From NCBI RefSeq assembly GCF_963921235.1, contig NC_086108.1:107820001-107884000 (forward strand): DNA of 64,000 nt, in the 5' to 3' direction. The position numbers and the translations under genes are program-made. The stretch is from Mobula hypostoma. Its lineage: Eukaryota. This document shows, piece after piece, positions 36,336 through 50,459 of this stretch; the first letter of the stretch is position 1, and each line of letters starts with the position of its first letter. Below the pieces are notes generated by a model that saw only the letters and a list, made by a program, of their open reading frames with translations, was not told the DNA's origin and ran no database searches.

Positions 36336-37014
36336 ATCTTTTCCATGGATGCTGCCCGACTTGCTGGGTTCCTCTGGCGTGTCATGAGTGTTGCTTTGAC
36401 CCCAGCATCTGCAGATTATTTTCTGCTCAGAATAGAGGGATGTCCATTTTGAACTGGGGTGAGGAGAAATACCTTTAGCCAGAGTGTAGCAAATCTGTGG
36501 AATTAATTGCCACAGATGTCTGTGGAGCTCAAGTCATTGGGTATATTTAAAGCAGAGGTTGACAGGTGCTTGATTAGCCAGGACATCAAAGCTTATGAGT
36601 AGAAGGCAGGGGAATAGAGTTGAGAGGGATAATAAATCAGCCATGATGAAATGGCAGAGCAGACTTCATGGTTGAATGGCCTATTCTACTCCTGTTTTCT
36701 GGTCATATAAAGACCAGGACTCGTGGGATAATCTGCATTGCTCTTTTTCAAAACAGCAAGTGGAAATTCTTTAAGTTTACCTTCAAGAGTAGCTGACAGT
36801 CTTATCATTACATCCCAAACACAGTGTTTTGTTCTGGAGTTCCACTCTGAAGCTGAAATGTGGATTAACCGCTTGCTTTAGAGGTTGGGCTGAGTACAAC
36901 CACCTAAATGAAGGGGGAGGAAAGGAAAGACAGCAATCAGCAGTGTACATCAGCCCCAATCATCCTTTCCCTCTTGTACTCTTCATTTAATTAAAGCAGC
37001 ACAATAAGTGATGT

Positions 37015-37850
37015 TCAGATGAAGGACCTCAACCTAAAATATCAGCTATCTATCTCACCTCTCAGCTCTAAGCTTCTTACTTCATCACCCCTTCCCCACC
37101 CACCAACCAGCTTCTCCCACACTTGGCTTCACCTATCACCTCCCAGATCTAACTTTATCCTCCCTCCTCCACCCACTCACCTTCTCCCCTCACCTGACTT
37201 CACCTATCACCTGCCAGCTTGTACTCCTCCTGCTCCCTCCACCTTCTTACACTGGATTCTGCCCCCTCCATTTCAAGTCCTGATCAGGGGTTTCAGCCCG
37301 AAACGTTGACTGTTCATTCCTCTCCATAAAGGCTGCCTGACGCGGTGTGTTCCTCTAGAGTTTTGTGTGGGTTCAAATTTCAAAGTAAATTGACAATCAA
37401 AGTACTTATATCTTATCATCTACAACCCTGAGGTTCATTTTTGAGAATGTATATACTAGCTTAGCATTCATTTTCTTGCAGGATTGACAGGGAAAGGAAA
37501 TGCAGTAGAATTTTATGAAAACCTATAAATAAAGACTGACAGACAACCAATGTGCAAATGAAGACCGGATGTACAAATAAAGATAATACTGAAAGAAAGC
37601 ATTGCAAAGAATCCCTGAAAGTGAGTTTGTAGGTCATAGAATCAGGCCAGTCCTGATGAAGGGTCTTGGTCCAGAACATTAACTGCTGATTCCTCTCCAC
37701 CGACCAGGGTTTTTCCAAATCTTTTTATGCAACAGACCACTACCATTCACTGAGGGGTCTGTGGGAACCCCCGCCGAAGATGCTGCCTGAACTGCTGAGT
37801 TCCTCCAGCATTTTGTGCACGTTTCTCCAGATTTCCAGCATCTGCAGAAG
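37015..37850 (+). mobile_element. Decayed Penelope-like terminal repeats (motifs at ~37276-37312 and ~37648-37685) interleaved with a Rex-type tail
   Basis: AGTCCTGATCAGGGGTTTCAGCCCGAAACGTTGACTG and CAGTCCTGATGAAGGGTCTTGGTCCAGAAC. Confidence 0.7.
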
Positions 37851-37854
37851 CACT

Positions 37855-39115
37855 TGAGTTCAGCGTAGTGGTGACTGAAGTTACCGTATTTACACCGGAT
37901 CACGAAACTGATGGTTGCAGGGTAATAGCTGTTCCTGAACCTGCTGGTGTGGGATCTCAGGCTTCTGTAGCTCCTGCATGATGATGATATTGCGAAGGGG
38001 ACGTTGCCCAGATGATGGGGGAGGGGAGGTGGGGGGTCTTTGATGACGGATGCTGCTTTCTTGTACCAGCACTCCATGTAAATGTGCTCAATGGTGGGGT
38101 GGGCTTTGCCCGTGGTACACTGGGATGTGCCCACCACTTTCCTGAGTGTTTTCCATTTCTAGGCAATGGTATTTCCTTACCAGACTGTGATGCAGCCAGT
38201 TAGGATAATCTCCACTGTGCATCTATAGAAGCTTGTAAAAGTGTTTGGTGACATGCAAAATCTACACAAGGTTCAAAGAAGGTAGAAGTATTGCCGTGCC
38301 TTCTTTGTGATGATACTTATGTGCTGGTCCCAGGACAGATCCTCTGATATTCAGCCCAGTCCATCACAGGTAAAGCCCTCCCAACCATTGAGCGCATCTA
38401 CCTGAAAGACTGTTGCAGGAAAGCAGCATCCACCACCCAGGGCATGCTCTTTTCTCACTGCTACTAACAAGTGGCCAAGTGGTTAAGGCGTTTGTCTAGT
38501 GATCTGAAGGTCGCTAGTTCGAGCCTTGGCTGAGGCAGCATGTGTGTCCTTGAGCAAGGCACTTAACCACACATTGCTCTGTGACAACACTGGGTCCTAA
38601 TGCCCTTCCCTTGGACATCATAGGTGGCGTGGAGAGGGGAGACTTGCAGCATGGGCAACTGCTGGTCTTCCATACATCCTTGCCCAGGAAGCTTTCCAAG
38701 GTGCAAATCCACGGTCTCATGAGACTAACGGATGCCTATTTATTTATTTAACAAGTAGAAAGTACAAGGGCCTCAGGACTCACACAACCAGGTTCAAGAA
38801 CAGTTACTACCCCGCAACCATCAGGCTCTTGAACAAAATCCACTAAACTGCCCATCTGTTGAGATGTTCCCACAACCAATGACCTCGCTTTAAGGACTCT
38901 TTATTTTGTTGTGTCATGTTCGCATTATTTATTGCTATTTATTTATATTTGCATTTTCACAGTTTGTTGTCTCTGCACTCTGATTGATCTTTCATCGATC
39001 CTGTTTACAGTTACTATTCTATAGATTTGCTGAGTATGCCTGCAGGAAAATAAATCTTATGGTTGTATACGGTTGACACATATGTACTTTGATAATTAAA
39101 TTTGCTTTTGACTTT
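37855..39115. mobile_element. Rex1/Babar-type fragments (- ~37855-38350; + ~38351-39115)
   Basis: ORF 37679-38137 (KKAASVIKDP...RSYRSLRSHTSRFRNSYYPATI); plus-strand equivalent with 3' UTR. Confidence 0.75.
38473..38748 (+). mobile_element. tRNA-derived SINE with CORE-like central domain; 8-bp TSD
   Basis: GGCCAAGTGGTTAAGGC A-box, AGTTCGAGCC B-box, GTGTCCTTGAGCAAGGCACTTAACC CORE-like motif, (TATT)n tail; TSD TAACAAGT at 38465-38472 and 38749-38756. Confidence 0.8.
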
Positions 39116-40419
39116 TTTTTGGTCTGTTAACACCAAGAAACTGAAAGCTACTGACCCTGCAAACCCCCAATGAGGATTGGCTCATAGATCTCCAGCCTTT
39201 CTCCTGACATCCAATTGATGTAATATAGGAGATGAAGTCCAGTCTGGTAGCACTTCTATTTCCAGCCAGCAATGTTAGCCCTCAGGATCTGCACAATGTT
39301 GCGACAATGCTGTCATAGGAGCTGCTGTCTCACAGCGCCAGACCCCAGCGTTCAATCCTGACCTCCGGTGCTGTCTGTTGTCGAGTTTGCTTACTCTCCC
39401 TGTAACCGTGTGAATTTACCCCGGTTTCTCTGGTTTCTGTCAAAGACATGTAGAGACATGTAGATTGATAGGTTAAGTTGTAAGTTGTCTGCAGTGCAGA
39501 GGTGAGTGGTGGAAGCCAGGATAGTTGATAGGAGTGTGTGGAGGACCAAGCAAAATTAGCTGCAAAATAAAAATGGATTCCTGACAGCTGCCATGGACAC
39601 GGTGAATGGAAAGATCTATTTCCATACTGTGTCCCTCTATGAACTTGTGACCTATTGCGTTAAAGGTGCTAGCCACCATTCCTAATTCTCATCTAAACAT
39701 GACTGAATCACAGCCCCCAAACATCGACAACACCTTCCCCTTCACCTGGCTTCACCCAACACCTGCCAGCTTGTACTCCCTCTTCTCCCACCACCTTCTT
39801 ATTCTGGCTTCCTGCCCATTCCTTTCCAATCTTCTCAGTCCAAACATTGACTATTCCTCTCCATTAACACTGTCTGACCTGCTGAGTTCCTCCAGCATTT
39901 TGTCTGTGTTGCTCTGGAGTTCTAGCATCTGCAGAATCTCTTCTGTTTATGACTGACTTCAGTTCCGCAATCCATAGAAACATGAGTGTGAGATGAGCCC
40001 GCCTTTGCCATCGTCTTTCCAGAGAACGCAACCAAATTTTATCCAACCTCTCCTTATAGTTTATTGCTGTCTAATCCAGGCAGCATCCTGGCCAATCTCG
40101 TCAACACCCTCTCCAGAGTCTCCACATCCTTCCTGTAAAGGGGTGACCAGAACTGAATGCAGTCATGATCTCATACCTTCATCTTGAGGGAAGGACCACC
40201 CGCAGAATTAACAAAGCTGCTCCATTTGTCATTCTGTGCTGATGGAGTAATGAGGCATTGATCATTGGCCCACATCCAATGATCAATATGTCAGCACCAG
40301 TAGCTTCAGGCACCAAAGTTATGTTGGTGAAGGAGGCAACCAGTTTGGTTGAAAATAAGATTCAGTAAGTCTAATATTTAAGGTATGGTTTCAGTTATCC
40401 ACCTTTGCATGTCCTCATA

Positions 40420-40436
40420 CTCATCCTCTCTCCCCT

Positions 40437-40468
<32 letters not shown>

Positions 40469-40860
40469 CCCCCCTCCAATCTCTTCTCCTCTGTCTCTTT
40501 CCATATATATATATATCTGTTGTGCCTCCCTCCCTTCCCCTCTCCCTCTCTCTCCCTCCCTTTCTGTCTCACACTCTTCCTCCCTCTCACCCTCTCCCTC
40601 TTACTCTCATTCTACCCCCCTTCTATCCCCTCCCTCTCCTTGCTTTCCCTCACTCTTCCTCTCTCTTTCTCTCCTCTCTGTCTCTCTCTGCCTCTCTCTC
40701 CTCTTCTCTCCCTCTCCTGAATCTCTTTCTATCTCTCTCTGTCCTCTCTCTCTCTCCCTCTCCGCCCTCTCTTTCTGCTTCTCTCTTGGTCTCTCTCCCC
40801 CTCTTCCTGTTTCTCACTCCCCCCTCTCTGTTTCTCTCCCCCACCCTCACTCTGTCTGCT
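40420..40860. repeat. Pyrimidine-rich (CT)n-like low-complexity tract, ~440 bp
   Basis: Near-continuous C/T on the plus strand. Confidence 0.95.
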
Positions 40861-42139
40861 GTTGTATTATTGCATTTCATTCACTCATTCAGGGTTCTGG
40901 ATGTGAAACACATGAGAAGCGCACAGAAAGCTCTTCAGATGCAGGAATCAGTGGCATCAAACAATCCATTGAAGTAACTCAATGTGTCGGGCTGCACCTG
41001 CGTAAGAGGTGCAGGAATTGCCAGTGTCCTGGGTTGAAGCCCTACATCGAGGACAGAGAGTGGAGAGGGTGATGGTCAGTATAAGGAGAAGAGTGGTGAC
41101 ATGAGCCCCAGATAATTGGTAGACTGAGGAGGATTGGGGTGGAAGTGGCAGATGAAGGCGCAGGGGAGGGGTGAGGAGGGAGGGCTGCAGCGGGGTGACA
41201 AAGGCAGATAAATGATAGAGGCAGGCAAAGAAAAAATCAGAAGTGATGAATGAGAATTATCCCTCAGAACCACAAGCACCTTGTACAATTCCATTAGAAC
41301 ATTCAGTAGAACATTATAGCACAGCTTAGACCCATGTTGGGCCGACCTTTTAGCCTGCTCCAAGATCAGCCCTCCTCTCCTGCATAGTCCTCCATTTTTC
41401 TTTAATTCATGTGCATATCTAGGAGTCTCTTAGATGTCCCTAATGTACAGTATCTGCCTCTACCACCATCCCTGGCAATGCATTCTGTGCAACTTCCACT
41501 CTCTGTAAAAAAAAATGTAATATTCCCCCCTCCCCAATCAATGTAAAATTATGCTCACTCGTATTAGCCATTTCTGTCTTGAGAAACAGTCTATGACTGT
41601 CCACTCTATGCTTCTTACCATCTTGTACAGCTCTGTCAAATAGCCTGTTATCCTCTTTCACTCCAAAGAGAAAAGCTATAACTCGTTCAAACTATTCTCA
41701 TATGACATGCTCTCCAAATCCAGACAGCATCCTGGTAAATCCCCTCTGCACCTTCTCTAAAACTTACTCTCTTGAATCAAAACTGATCTTTACTTTAATC
41801 TTCACTTGAGTGCCCCTTGCTACATACCCATAACTAAAACACATTGCCTCCCAATCTCAGTTTTGAAGTTTTGTTTGATTCCACACCTAAAACAACCTCT
41901 TTAATACACAATACTCCAGGTGCAGCCTCTCCGGTGTCTTGTACAAGTGTAACATAATGTCAAACTCCAATACTCAAATGGCCTGAGAGGTGAAGGTCAC
42001 GGTCTCAGCCCAAAACGCCGACTGTTTATTTCCCTTCACAGATGTTGCCTGACCTGCTGAGTTCCTCCATCATTTTGTGTGTATTACAGTGTGCCAAGCA
42101 CTTTCTTAACTACCCTGATACATCTGAGACAAGAGGTTC

Positions 42140-45100
42140 ATATGACTATGACATAGGAGCAGAATTAGACCATTTGGCCCATCAAGTCTGCTCCATGGTT
42201 GATCCTTTTCTCCCCTCCTCTGCCCCACTCCCCAGCCTTCTTCCTATAACCTTTGAAACCATGTCCAGTCATGAACCGATCAAGCTCTGCCTTAAATACA
42301 CCCAATGACCAGTCCTCCACAGCTGCCTGTAGTAATAAATTCCACAAATTCACCACCCTCTGGCTAAAGGAATTTCTCCGCATCTCGGTTTTGAATGGAC
42401 ATCCCTCTATCCTGAAACTGAGCCCTCTTGTCCTAGACTGCCCCATCATGGGAAACATCCTTTCCACATCTGCTCTGTCCAGGCCTTTCAACATTCAAAA
42501 GGTTTCAATGAGACACCCCCCCCCACCCCGCAATTCCAGAGAGTACAGACCCAGAGCCATCAAACATTCCTCATATGATAACCCTTTCAGTCCCAGAATC
42601 ATCCTTGTGAACTTCCTCTGAACCCTCTCCAATATCAGCACATCTTTTCATAGATCAGGAGCCCAAAATTTTTCACAGTACTCAAGGTGAGGCCTCACCA
42701 GTGCCTTATAAAGCCTCAGCATCACATCCCTGCTCTTGTATTCTAGACCTCTTGAAAGAAATGCTAACATTGCATTTGCCTTCCTCACCACTGACTCTAC
42801 CTGTAAGTTAAGCTTTAGGTTGTTGTGCAAAAGGACTCCCAAATCCCTTTGCATCTCAGATTTTTGGATTTTTTCCCCATTAAGAAAATAGCCTGCACAT
42901 TTATTTCTACTACCAAAGTGCATGGTCATGCCTTTTCCAACATTGTATTTCATTTGCCACTCTCTTACCCATTCTCCTAATCTGTCTAAGTCCTTCTGCA
43001 GCCTTCCTGTTTCCTGAACACTATCTGCCCCTCCACCAATCTTTGTATCATCTGCAAACTTGGCAACAAAGCCATCTATTCCATCATCTAAATCATTGAA
43101 ATACAGCAGAAAAAGAAGTGGTCCCAACACGGACCCCTGCAGAACAGCACTAGTCACTGGCAGCCAACCAGAAAAGGATCCTTTTATTCCCACTTGCTGC
43201 CTCCTACCAATCAGCCAATGCTCTAACCATGCCAGTAACTTTCCTGTAATGCCATGGACTCTTAACTTGGTAATCAGCCCCATGCGTGGCACCTTGTCAA
43301 AGGCCTTCTGAAAGTCCAACCATAAAATAACCTCTGTTTCCCCTTTATCTATCTGACATGTAATCTCCTCAAAGAATTCCAACAGGTTCATCAGGCAAGA
43401 TTTTCCCGTAAGGAAACCATATTGACTTTGTCACCAAATACTCCATAACCTCATCTTTAACAATTGATTCCAACATCTTCCCAACCACTGAGGTCAGGCT
43501 AACTGGTCTATAATTTCCTTTCTGGTGCCTTCCTCCTTTCTTAAAGAGTGGAGTGACATTTGCAATTTTCCAGTCCTCTGGCACCATGCCAGAGTCCAAT
43601 GATTTTTGAAAGATCATTACTAATGCCACCACAATCTCTACCGTTACCTCTTTCAGAACCCTAGAGTGCAGATCATCTGGCCTGGGTGACTTATATACCC
43701 TTAGGTTTTGCAGCTTTTTGAGCACTTCTGCCTTGTAATAGTTACTGCACTCACTTCTCTTCCCTCACACCCTTCAACTTCAGACACACTGTTAGTGCCT
43801 TCCACAGTGAAGAGAGATGCAAAATACTGATTTAGTTCATCTGCCATCTCCTTGTCCCCTGCTATTATTTCTCTGGCCTCATTTTCTAGTGGTCCTATAT
43901 CCACTCTCATCTCCCTTTTATTTTTTACATACTTGAAAAAGCTTTTACTATCCACTTTGATATTTTTTGCTAGCTTGCTTTCATATTTCATCTTCCCCCC
44001 CAACGATTCTTTTAGTTGCTTTCTGTAGGGTTTTAAAAGCTTACAAATCCTCTATCTTCCCACTGTTGTAAGCCCTCTCTTTTGCTTTTACATTAACTTT
44101 AACTTCCCTTGTCAGACATAGTTGTACTTTTTTGCCATTTGAGTATTTCTTTGTTTTTGGAATACATCTATTCTGCCCATTCATCTATTCCCCATTCTTC
44201 CTAGAAACACACACCATTGCTGCTCTGCTGTCATCCCTGCCAGCATCTCCTTCCAATTTACGTGGCCAACTCCTCTCTCATACCACTGTATTTTCCTTTA
44301 ATCCACTGAAATACTGCTACATCAGACTTTTCTTTCTCCCCTTCAAATTTCATGTTGAACTCAATCATATTGTGATCACTACTTCCTAAGGGTTCTTTTA
44401 CCTTAGCTCCCGAATCACCTTCAGTTCATTACATACCGCCCATTCCAGAATAGCTGATCCCCTAGTAGGCTCAACGACAAACTGCTCTAAAAAGCCATCT
44501 TGTAGGCATTCAACAAACTCGCACTCTTGGGATTGATTTCCAACCTGATTTTCCCAAATGACCTACATGTTGAAATCTCCCATGACTATTATAACATTGC
44601 TCTTTTGACACGCCTTTTCTATCTCTTGTTGTAATCTGTGGTCCACATTCCAGCTGCTGTTGGGAGGCCTATATGTAACTGCCATCAGCATTCTTTTACC
44701 CTTGCAGTTTCTTAACTCAACCCACAAGGTTTTAACATTTTCCGATCCTATGTCACATCTTTCTAATGATTTGATGCCATATTTTACCAGCAGAGCCACA
44801 CCACCCCCTCTGCCGACCTTCCTATTGCTCCAATACAACGTATAACCTTGGACATTCAGCTCCCAACTACACCACCCTTCCGCCACAATTCAGTGATGGC
44901 CACAACATCATACCTGACAATCTGTAAAAGTGCAACAAGATCATCCACCTTATTTCTTATACTCCGTGCATTGAGATATAACACTTTGAGTACTGTATTT
45001 GCTACCCGTTTTGATTCTGCATCCCTAATGCACTGATACTCACCCTGCTGGCTGCAATTATGTCCTATTGTCTGCCTGCCCTTCCTAACAGTCTGATTAT

Positions 45101-45329
45101 ACACTATCTTTGCTTTTTTCACCTTCCATCCTATCCTGAGTCCCTTCAGTTCCCACCCCCCTGTCAAATTAGTTTAGACCCTTCCCAACTGCTCTAACAA
45201 ACTTTCCCGCAAGAATATCTGTTCCCCTCGGGTTCAGGTGCAACCCGTCACTTTTGTACAGATCATACCTCCCCCAGCAGAGATCCCAATGATCCAAGAA
45301 CCTGAAGCCCTGCTCCCTGCACCAGGCTC
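42140..45329 (-). mobile_element. Long decayed CR1 LINE: ORF1 esterase C-terminus, EN, RT and 3' UTR, with frameshifts and deletions
   Basis: Reverse strand 45170-45327 gives WCREQGFRFLDHWDL...DGLHLNPRGT (SGNH-type ORF1 end); ORFs 44856-45167 (YLNARSIRNK), 44563-44886 (YRPP, MGDFN), 43369-43725, 42648-43391 (KFADDTK) and 42165-42494. Confidence 0.93.
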
Positions 45330-45742
45330 ATTGAATAAGGAAAGGTTGAATAGGTTACAAATTTATTCCCTTGGAGCATAGAAGATTGAGAGGAGACTTG
45401 ATAGAGGTATATAAAATTATGAGGGGTATAGGTATAGTAAATGCAAGCTGGCTTTTTTCCACTGAGGTTGGGTGGGACTTCTAGCAGAGGGCATGGGTTA
45501 AGGACAAAATGTGAAAAGTTTAAGCAGAACATGAGGGAAAACTTCTTCACTCAGAGAGTGGTGGGAGTGTGGAATGAGCTGCCAGTGCAAGTAGTGCATG
45601 TATTTTTGATTTCAACATTTAAGAGAAGTTTGGATAAGTGCATGGATGGTAGGGCTGTGGTCCCAGTGCAGGTTGATGAGAGTAGGCAGGATTAGATGGG
45701 CCAAAGGGCCTGTTTCTGTACTGTACTTCTCCATGACTCTAT
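45330..45742 (+). mobile_element. CR1 3' fragment
   Basis: RRLRGDLIEVYKIMRG and ORF 45441-45695. Confidence 0.8.
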
Positions 45743-46199
45743 GGGAGGATGTAGTCTGCATTACTTAACCGGTAAATCAGTGGTGATTATCACCTGGTTT
45801 GGATGGATCTCTTCTTCATTTGTCCATTTATGGGAAATGGTACCACGAATTTATTTAATGGTCTTGCACTAATGGGCTTGAAATGAGTGGCTTCTTGGAC
45901 CATTTCAGAGGGCAAAGAAGAGCCCACTTATTGGTTGGTCTGCAGTTACAGATAAACCAGGCCAGGTAATGGTGGTGGACTTCAGTCTGTGAAGGAATGA
46001 CCTTTGGAATCTGGAACACACTGCTTGAGGAGGAGGTGGGGCAACATTTTAGAAGTATCCACATAAACACTTCAAAGTTCAAAATAAATTTATTATCAAA
46101 GTACATATGTGCCACCATATACTACCCTGAGATTCATTTTCTTGCAAGCATTCAGAGTAGATACAAAGAAATACAATGGAAACAATGAAAAACTTCTCA

Positions 46200-46600
46200 C
46201 AAACAAAGCAACACATAAAATGCTGGAGGAACTCAGCATGTCAGGCAGCATCGATGGAACTGAATGAACAGTTGGCATTTCAAACCAACACCCTGCATCA
46301 GGACTGGAAAGGAAGGGGGAAGACACCAGAATAAAAAGGTGAGCTGGGGTGTAGAAGGATAGCTGGAAGCTTATTGGTGAAGCCAGGTGGATATGAAAGG
46401 TAAAAGGCTGGAGAAGAAGGAATCTGATAGAAGAGAAGATTAGACCATTGGAGAAAGGAAAGGAGGAAGGGACCCAGAGGGAGGTAGTAGGCAGGTGAGG
46501 AGAGGCAAGAGGCCAGAGTGACGAATACAAGAAGCAGGGATAGGGTGGGAGTTTTATTTTACTGGTTATAAATGCCATCAGGTTGGAGACTACCAAACAA
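46200..46600 (-). mobile_element. Decayed Penelope-like 3' part nested in a Rex-type tail
   Basis: Terminal-repeat homology; degenerate motif at ~46269-46306; GSLQPDG-like remnant at ~46570-46597. Confidence 0.65.
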
Positions 46601-48889
46601 TCAATGCATAGTAAAAAAAAAAGAAGACAGACTGTATAATGCAAAAAAAAGCAAATAATAACAACAATTAAATAAATAATAAATATTACTGAGCATATGA
46701 GTTGGAGAGGCCTTAAAAATGAACCCATTGGTTGTAGAATCAGTTCCATGTTGAGGTGAGATAAGTTATCCACGGCATTTCAGGAGCCTGATGATTGAAG
46801 GGTAATAACCATTCCTCAACCTGGTGTGGTGGGACCTAAAGTTCCTGTACCTCCTTCCTGATGATAGCACGGAGAAGAGAGCAAGGAATCGATGGTGGGG
46901 GTCCTTGATGATGACACACAACATACTCCACCACTGAGTCTGTGTCTTGTTTCTCAGACTTTATGTCCCTGGTTTACTGACAAAGCAATACCTTCATTGC
47001 TGACACCAGCAATTCTAATTTCAAGCAATTCTATATTCTAGGGGTTAGTTCAGTTCAAAAATTCAGGGTAAATTTATTATCAATGTACCTATATGTCCCC
47101 ACATAGAAACCTGAGATTCATTTTCTTGCAGGCATTCACAGTAAATACGAAGAAACACAATAGAATGAATGAAAGACTGCGCCCAACAAGGCAGGCAAAA
47201 ACTGATATGCAAAAGATAACTGTCTGTTCAAATATAAAAACAAAAAATATAAATAAATAAGCATTAAATATCTTGATCATGAGATGAACAGTTCTTGAAA
47301 GCGAGTCCATAAGCTTTGGGGACATTTCAGTGCTGGGGTGAGTGAAGTTATCCCCTCTGATTCAAAAGCCAGATGGTTGAGGGGTAATAACTGTTCCTGA
47401 ACCTGGTGGTGTGAATCTCCTGAGGCTTCTGTGCTTCCTTCCTGGAGGGAGCAGTGAGAAAAGAGCATGGTCTGGATAATGGTGGTTTTTGATGATGGAT
47501 GCTATATTCCTGCGACAGCATTTTACGTACATTTACTCAGTGGTTGGGAGGGCTTTACCCATGATAGACTGGGGAAATTAAAGTTCCCCAACTGCCCCAG
47601 TGAGATTCACACTTGATTCTGTCTTAGTTCAGTGGTTTGGATACAAGTCCAGTAATGCAAGTACTAATGGAATTATGCTGTTTAAGCTGAAACACTACCT
47701 CTCATTGACCTCAATGGAGTAGACACTTAAGACACATCTGGGCAAACACTTGCTTGCCAAGGTATAGTATGCTAGCATTGGTGAATTGGATTGGTTTAGG
47801 TGGGTGTCTGATGGACCACATACGTTTAGTAGACTGCAGGGCTTGGTCCTGTACTGTAAAATTCTTTGACTCTTTACACGACCGGACATATTACTGGAGA
47901 TGGATTAGATTAGGATGAAGCCCTTGAGTCATCCTCAGTCAGTGACTTGATGAGATACTGAAACAAACCCAGCATATGGAGGGAAGACCAAAATGCGTCC
48001 TCCATGTTGCCAATCCTGGCACAGACTCCAGAAACCAGAGCCAAACAGAAGTGGCAGTGGGATTGGGAATTTGCCTTTTAGTTGCTTGCTGAGCTGCTGA
48101 TGAAAATTCATTTGGAAGCCTTAATAACTAATGCCTTACAGAACAAGTCTCCGGAGCCAATGAGGCAGGAAGGAAAATGGGCTTCTATTTTCTTTCTGAG
48201 ATGAAGACTTGTAAGAGGAGATTTGATCTCTGCATCTCCTGGCAGACTTGTTGACTGTCTTGGTTGCCAGTGAGGTTTTGCCCTGCTGAAAGCAGTTTGG
48301 GAAGGAAATTTTCTCGATTACATTAGATTTATTTGTTACCTGTATATTGAAACATACAGTGAAATATGTTGTTTTGCATCAACAATCAACACAGTCTGAA
48401 TATGTGCTGGGGCAGCCCACAAGTGTTGCCATACTTCCAGCATCGATGTAGCCAGAACTAATGCCTACAGCTTACAAACTGTGTACTTCACTGTACAGGT
48501 GCACATGAAATGCATGGGACTTGACATGAATTCAATATTAGCTTGATTTGTCACTCACACATGGAAACATTAAAACGCACAGTGAAATGCGTCATTTGCG
48601 TCAAAACAATCAACGAAGATTGTGTTTCGGACAGCCCATAAGTTTTGCCAGGCTTCTGGCGCCAACGCAGCATGCCCACAACTTAGTAACCACAGCCCAT
48701 ACATCTTTGGGACGTCGGAGGAAACAGGAGTGCCCAGGGGAATCCCATGCAGTTCTGGGGAGAGTGTACAAATTCCTCTCAGAATGTGGCGGGAATTGAA
48801 CCCTGAACAGTGAACACTGGTGCTGTAAAGCAATACACTTATTGCTACACCACAGTCCTGCCCTATCACCAGCGATCAGCCAGTTTTCA

Positions 48890-49960
48890 ATGAATCAGGT
48901 TTAATATCACCAGTATATGTCATGAAATTTGTTGTTTTGCAGCAGCTGTATACAGTATGGTGTAATAATAAAGACTATAAATTACAATAGTAGTACGTAC
49001 TGTATATATTTAAAAAAAAACAAATTACGTAAGTAGTGCAACAAGCAAGGAAAATATAGTGAGTTAGTGTTCATTGTCCGTTCAGAAATCTGATAGCAGG
49101 AAGGAAGAAGCTATTCCGAAAATGTTGAATGTGTGTCTTCCTGCTCCTCTATTTCATCTATGGCATGTCCTGGGTGATGAGGGTACTTAACGATGGATGC
49201 TGCCTTTTTGAGGCATCGCTGGAGAGGCTAGTACCCATGAGGGAGCTGGCTGAGTTTATAACTTTCTGCGGCTTTTTCCGATCCTGTGCAGTGGTCCATC
49301 CAGACCAGACGGTGATGCAATCAGTCAGAACACTCTCCATGGTACATCTGTAGAAATTTGTGAACATCCTTGGTGACATACCAATTCTTCTCAAACTCCC
49401 AATGAAATATAGCTGCTGGTGTGCTTTCTTTGTAATTGTATCAATATGTCGGGCCCAGGATAGATCTTAAGAGATGTTGACACCCAGAAACTTGTAGCTT
49501 CTCACCCTTTCCCTGCAGACTGCTGGATGAGGACTGGTGTGTGGGTCCCTTGGCTTCCCCTTCGTAACGTATACAATCAAATTCTCAGTATTGCAGATGC
49601 TGAATGCAAGGTTGTACCTATGACCCACCCAAACAATGATCTATCTTACCACTTTATGCCTCCATGCCTGAAACTCTGTCAGCTACTGCGGAATATAAGA
49701 ATCAGAATGAAGTTTAATATCACTAGGGTATCTAATGAATGCTGTTGTTTTGTGACAGCAGTACGTTGCAATACAATATAATAAATATGTGAATTAAAGT
49801 AAATATGTGTGTTTGTGTGTGTGTGTGTGTGTGTCTTCAGGATCCTGTACCTCTTTGCTGATAGTAGCAATGATTAGAGGGCATGTCCTGGGTGATTGCT
49901 GCCACCTTTTTAAGGCACTGCTCCTTGAAGATGTCCTGGATGTTAGGGAGGCTGGTGCTC
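48890..49960 (-). mobile_element. Rex1/Babar-type LINE fragments
   Basis: ORF 49158-49394 (RRIGMSPRMFTNFYRCTMESVLTDCITVW). Confidence 0.75.
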
Positions 49961-50459
49961 ATGATTGAGCATCCAGGATATGAGGTCCTGTTTGTAGCAA
50001 ACCTAATCTCTTGAGGACCAGGGAGAAGGAAGGGAATATTGGAAAGGAATAGAATAAAGCGTCCATACTGACTTCCTGACATCACATGGAGCTTCTGTAA
50101 CGAAATAGACTATACTGTATTTCTGTAAGTGTCATAACTGCTGAAGGGCATTTAACAAGTGTTTTCTGCATCTTATTTTCAATAGGCTGAAACTGGAGTT
50201 CCTTGTCCTTCTCACTGAACTCACCAGGAAATAAAATGTCTATAAATAGATGGAAGTGAGGGTGACTCTTCATCACACCAATTCCTTAGATTCTTTTCTG
50301 CTCCTCACCATTGATTCCTAAGGAAAAGATTTTTCTTTTCTCACTGGGTGAGGCTTCCAGGAAGATAGAGAGCTATTTAACTCATGAAGAATATTAAATT
50401 GTTCTATCTCTATTTGTAATATTTTCCAACATTGAAGCCTTTAATTTTTTTTAGTTCTC

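Larger units (their letters stand above)
35547..36425. mobile_element. Penelope-like insertion with ~320-bp inverted arms enclosing the GIY-YIG C-terminus; 13-bp TSD in a CR1 3' end
   Basis: Arms ~35548-35867 and ~36070-36392; ORF 35906-36172 ends LEEQCLIYCLGSLQPLGMNIEVSNFR; TSD CTCA(A/G)AATAGAGG at 35534-35546 and 36426-36438. Confidence 0.92.

Noticed and set aside
40378..40977. Long L/S-rich and R/E-rich ORFs
   Set aside because: They are translations of the CT/GA low-complexity tract.
46096..46773. 225-aa hydrophobic ORF resembling a membrane protein
   Set aside because: It spans a Rex-type 3' UTR and a Penelope pyrimidine-rich UTR; the composition is explained by repeats.
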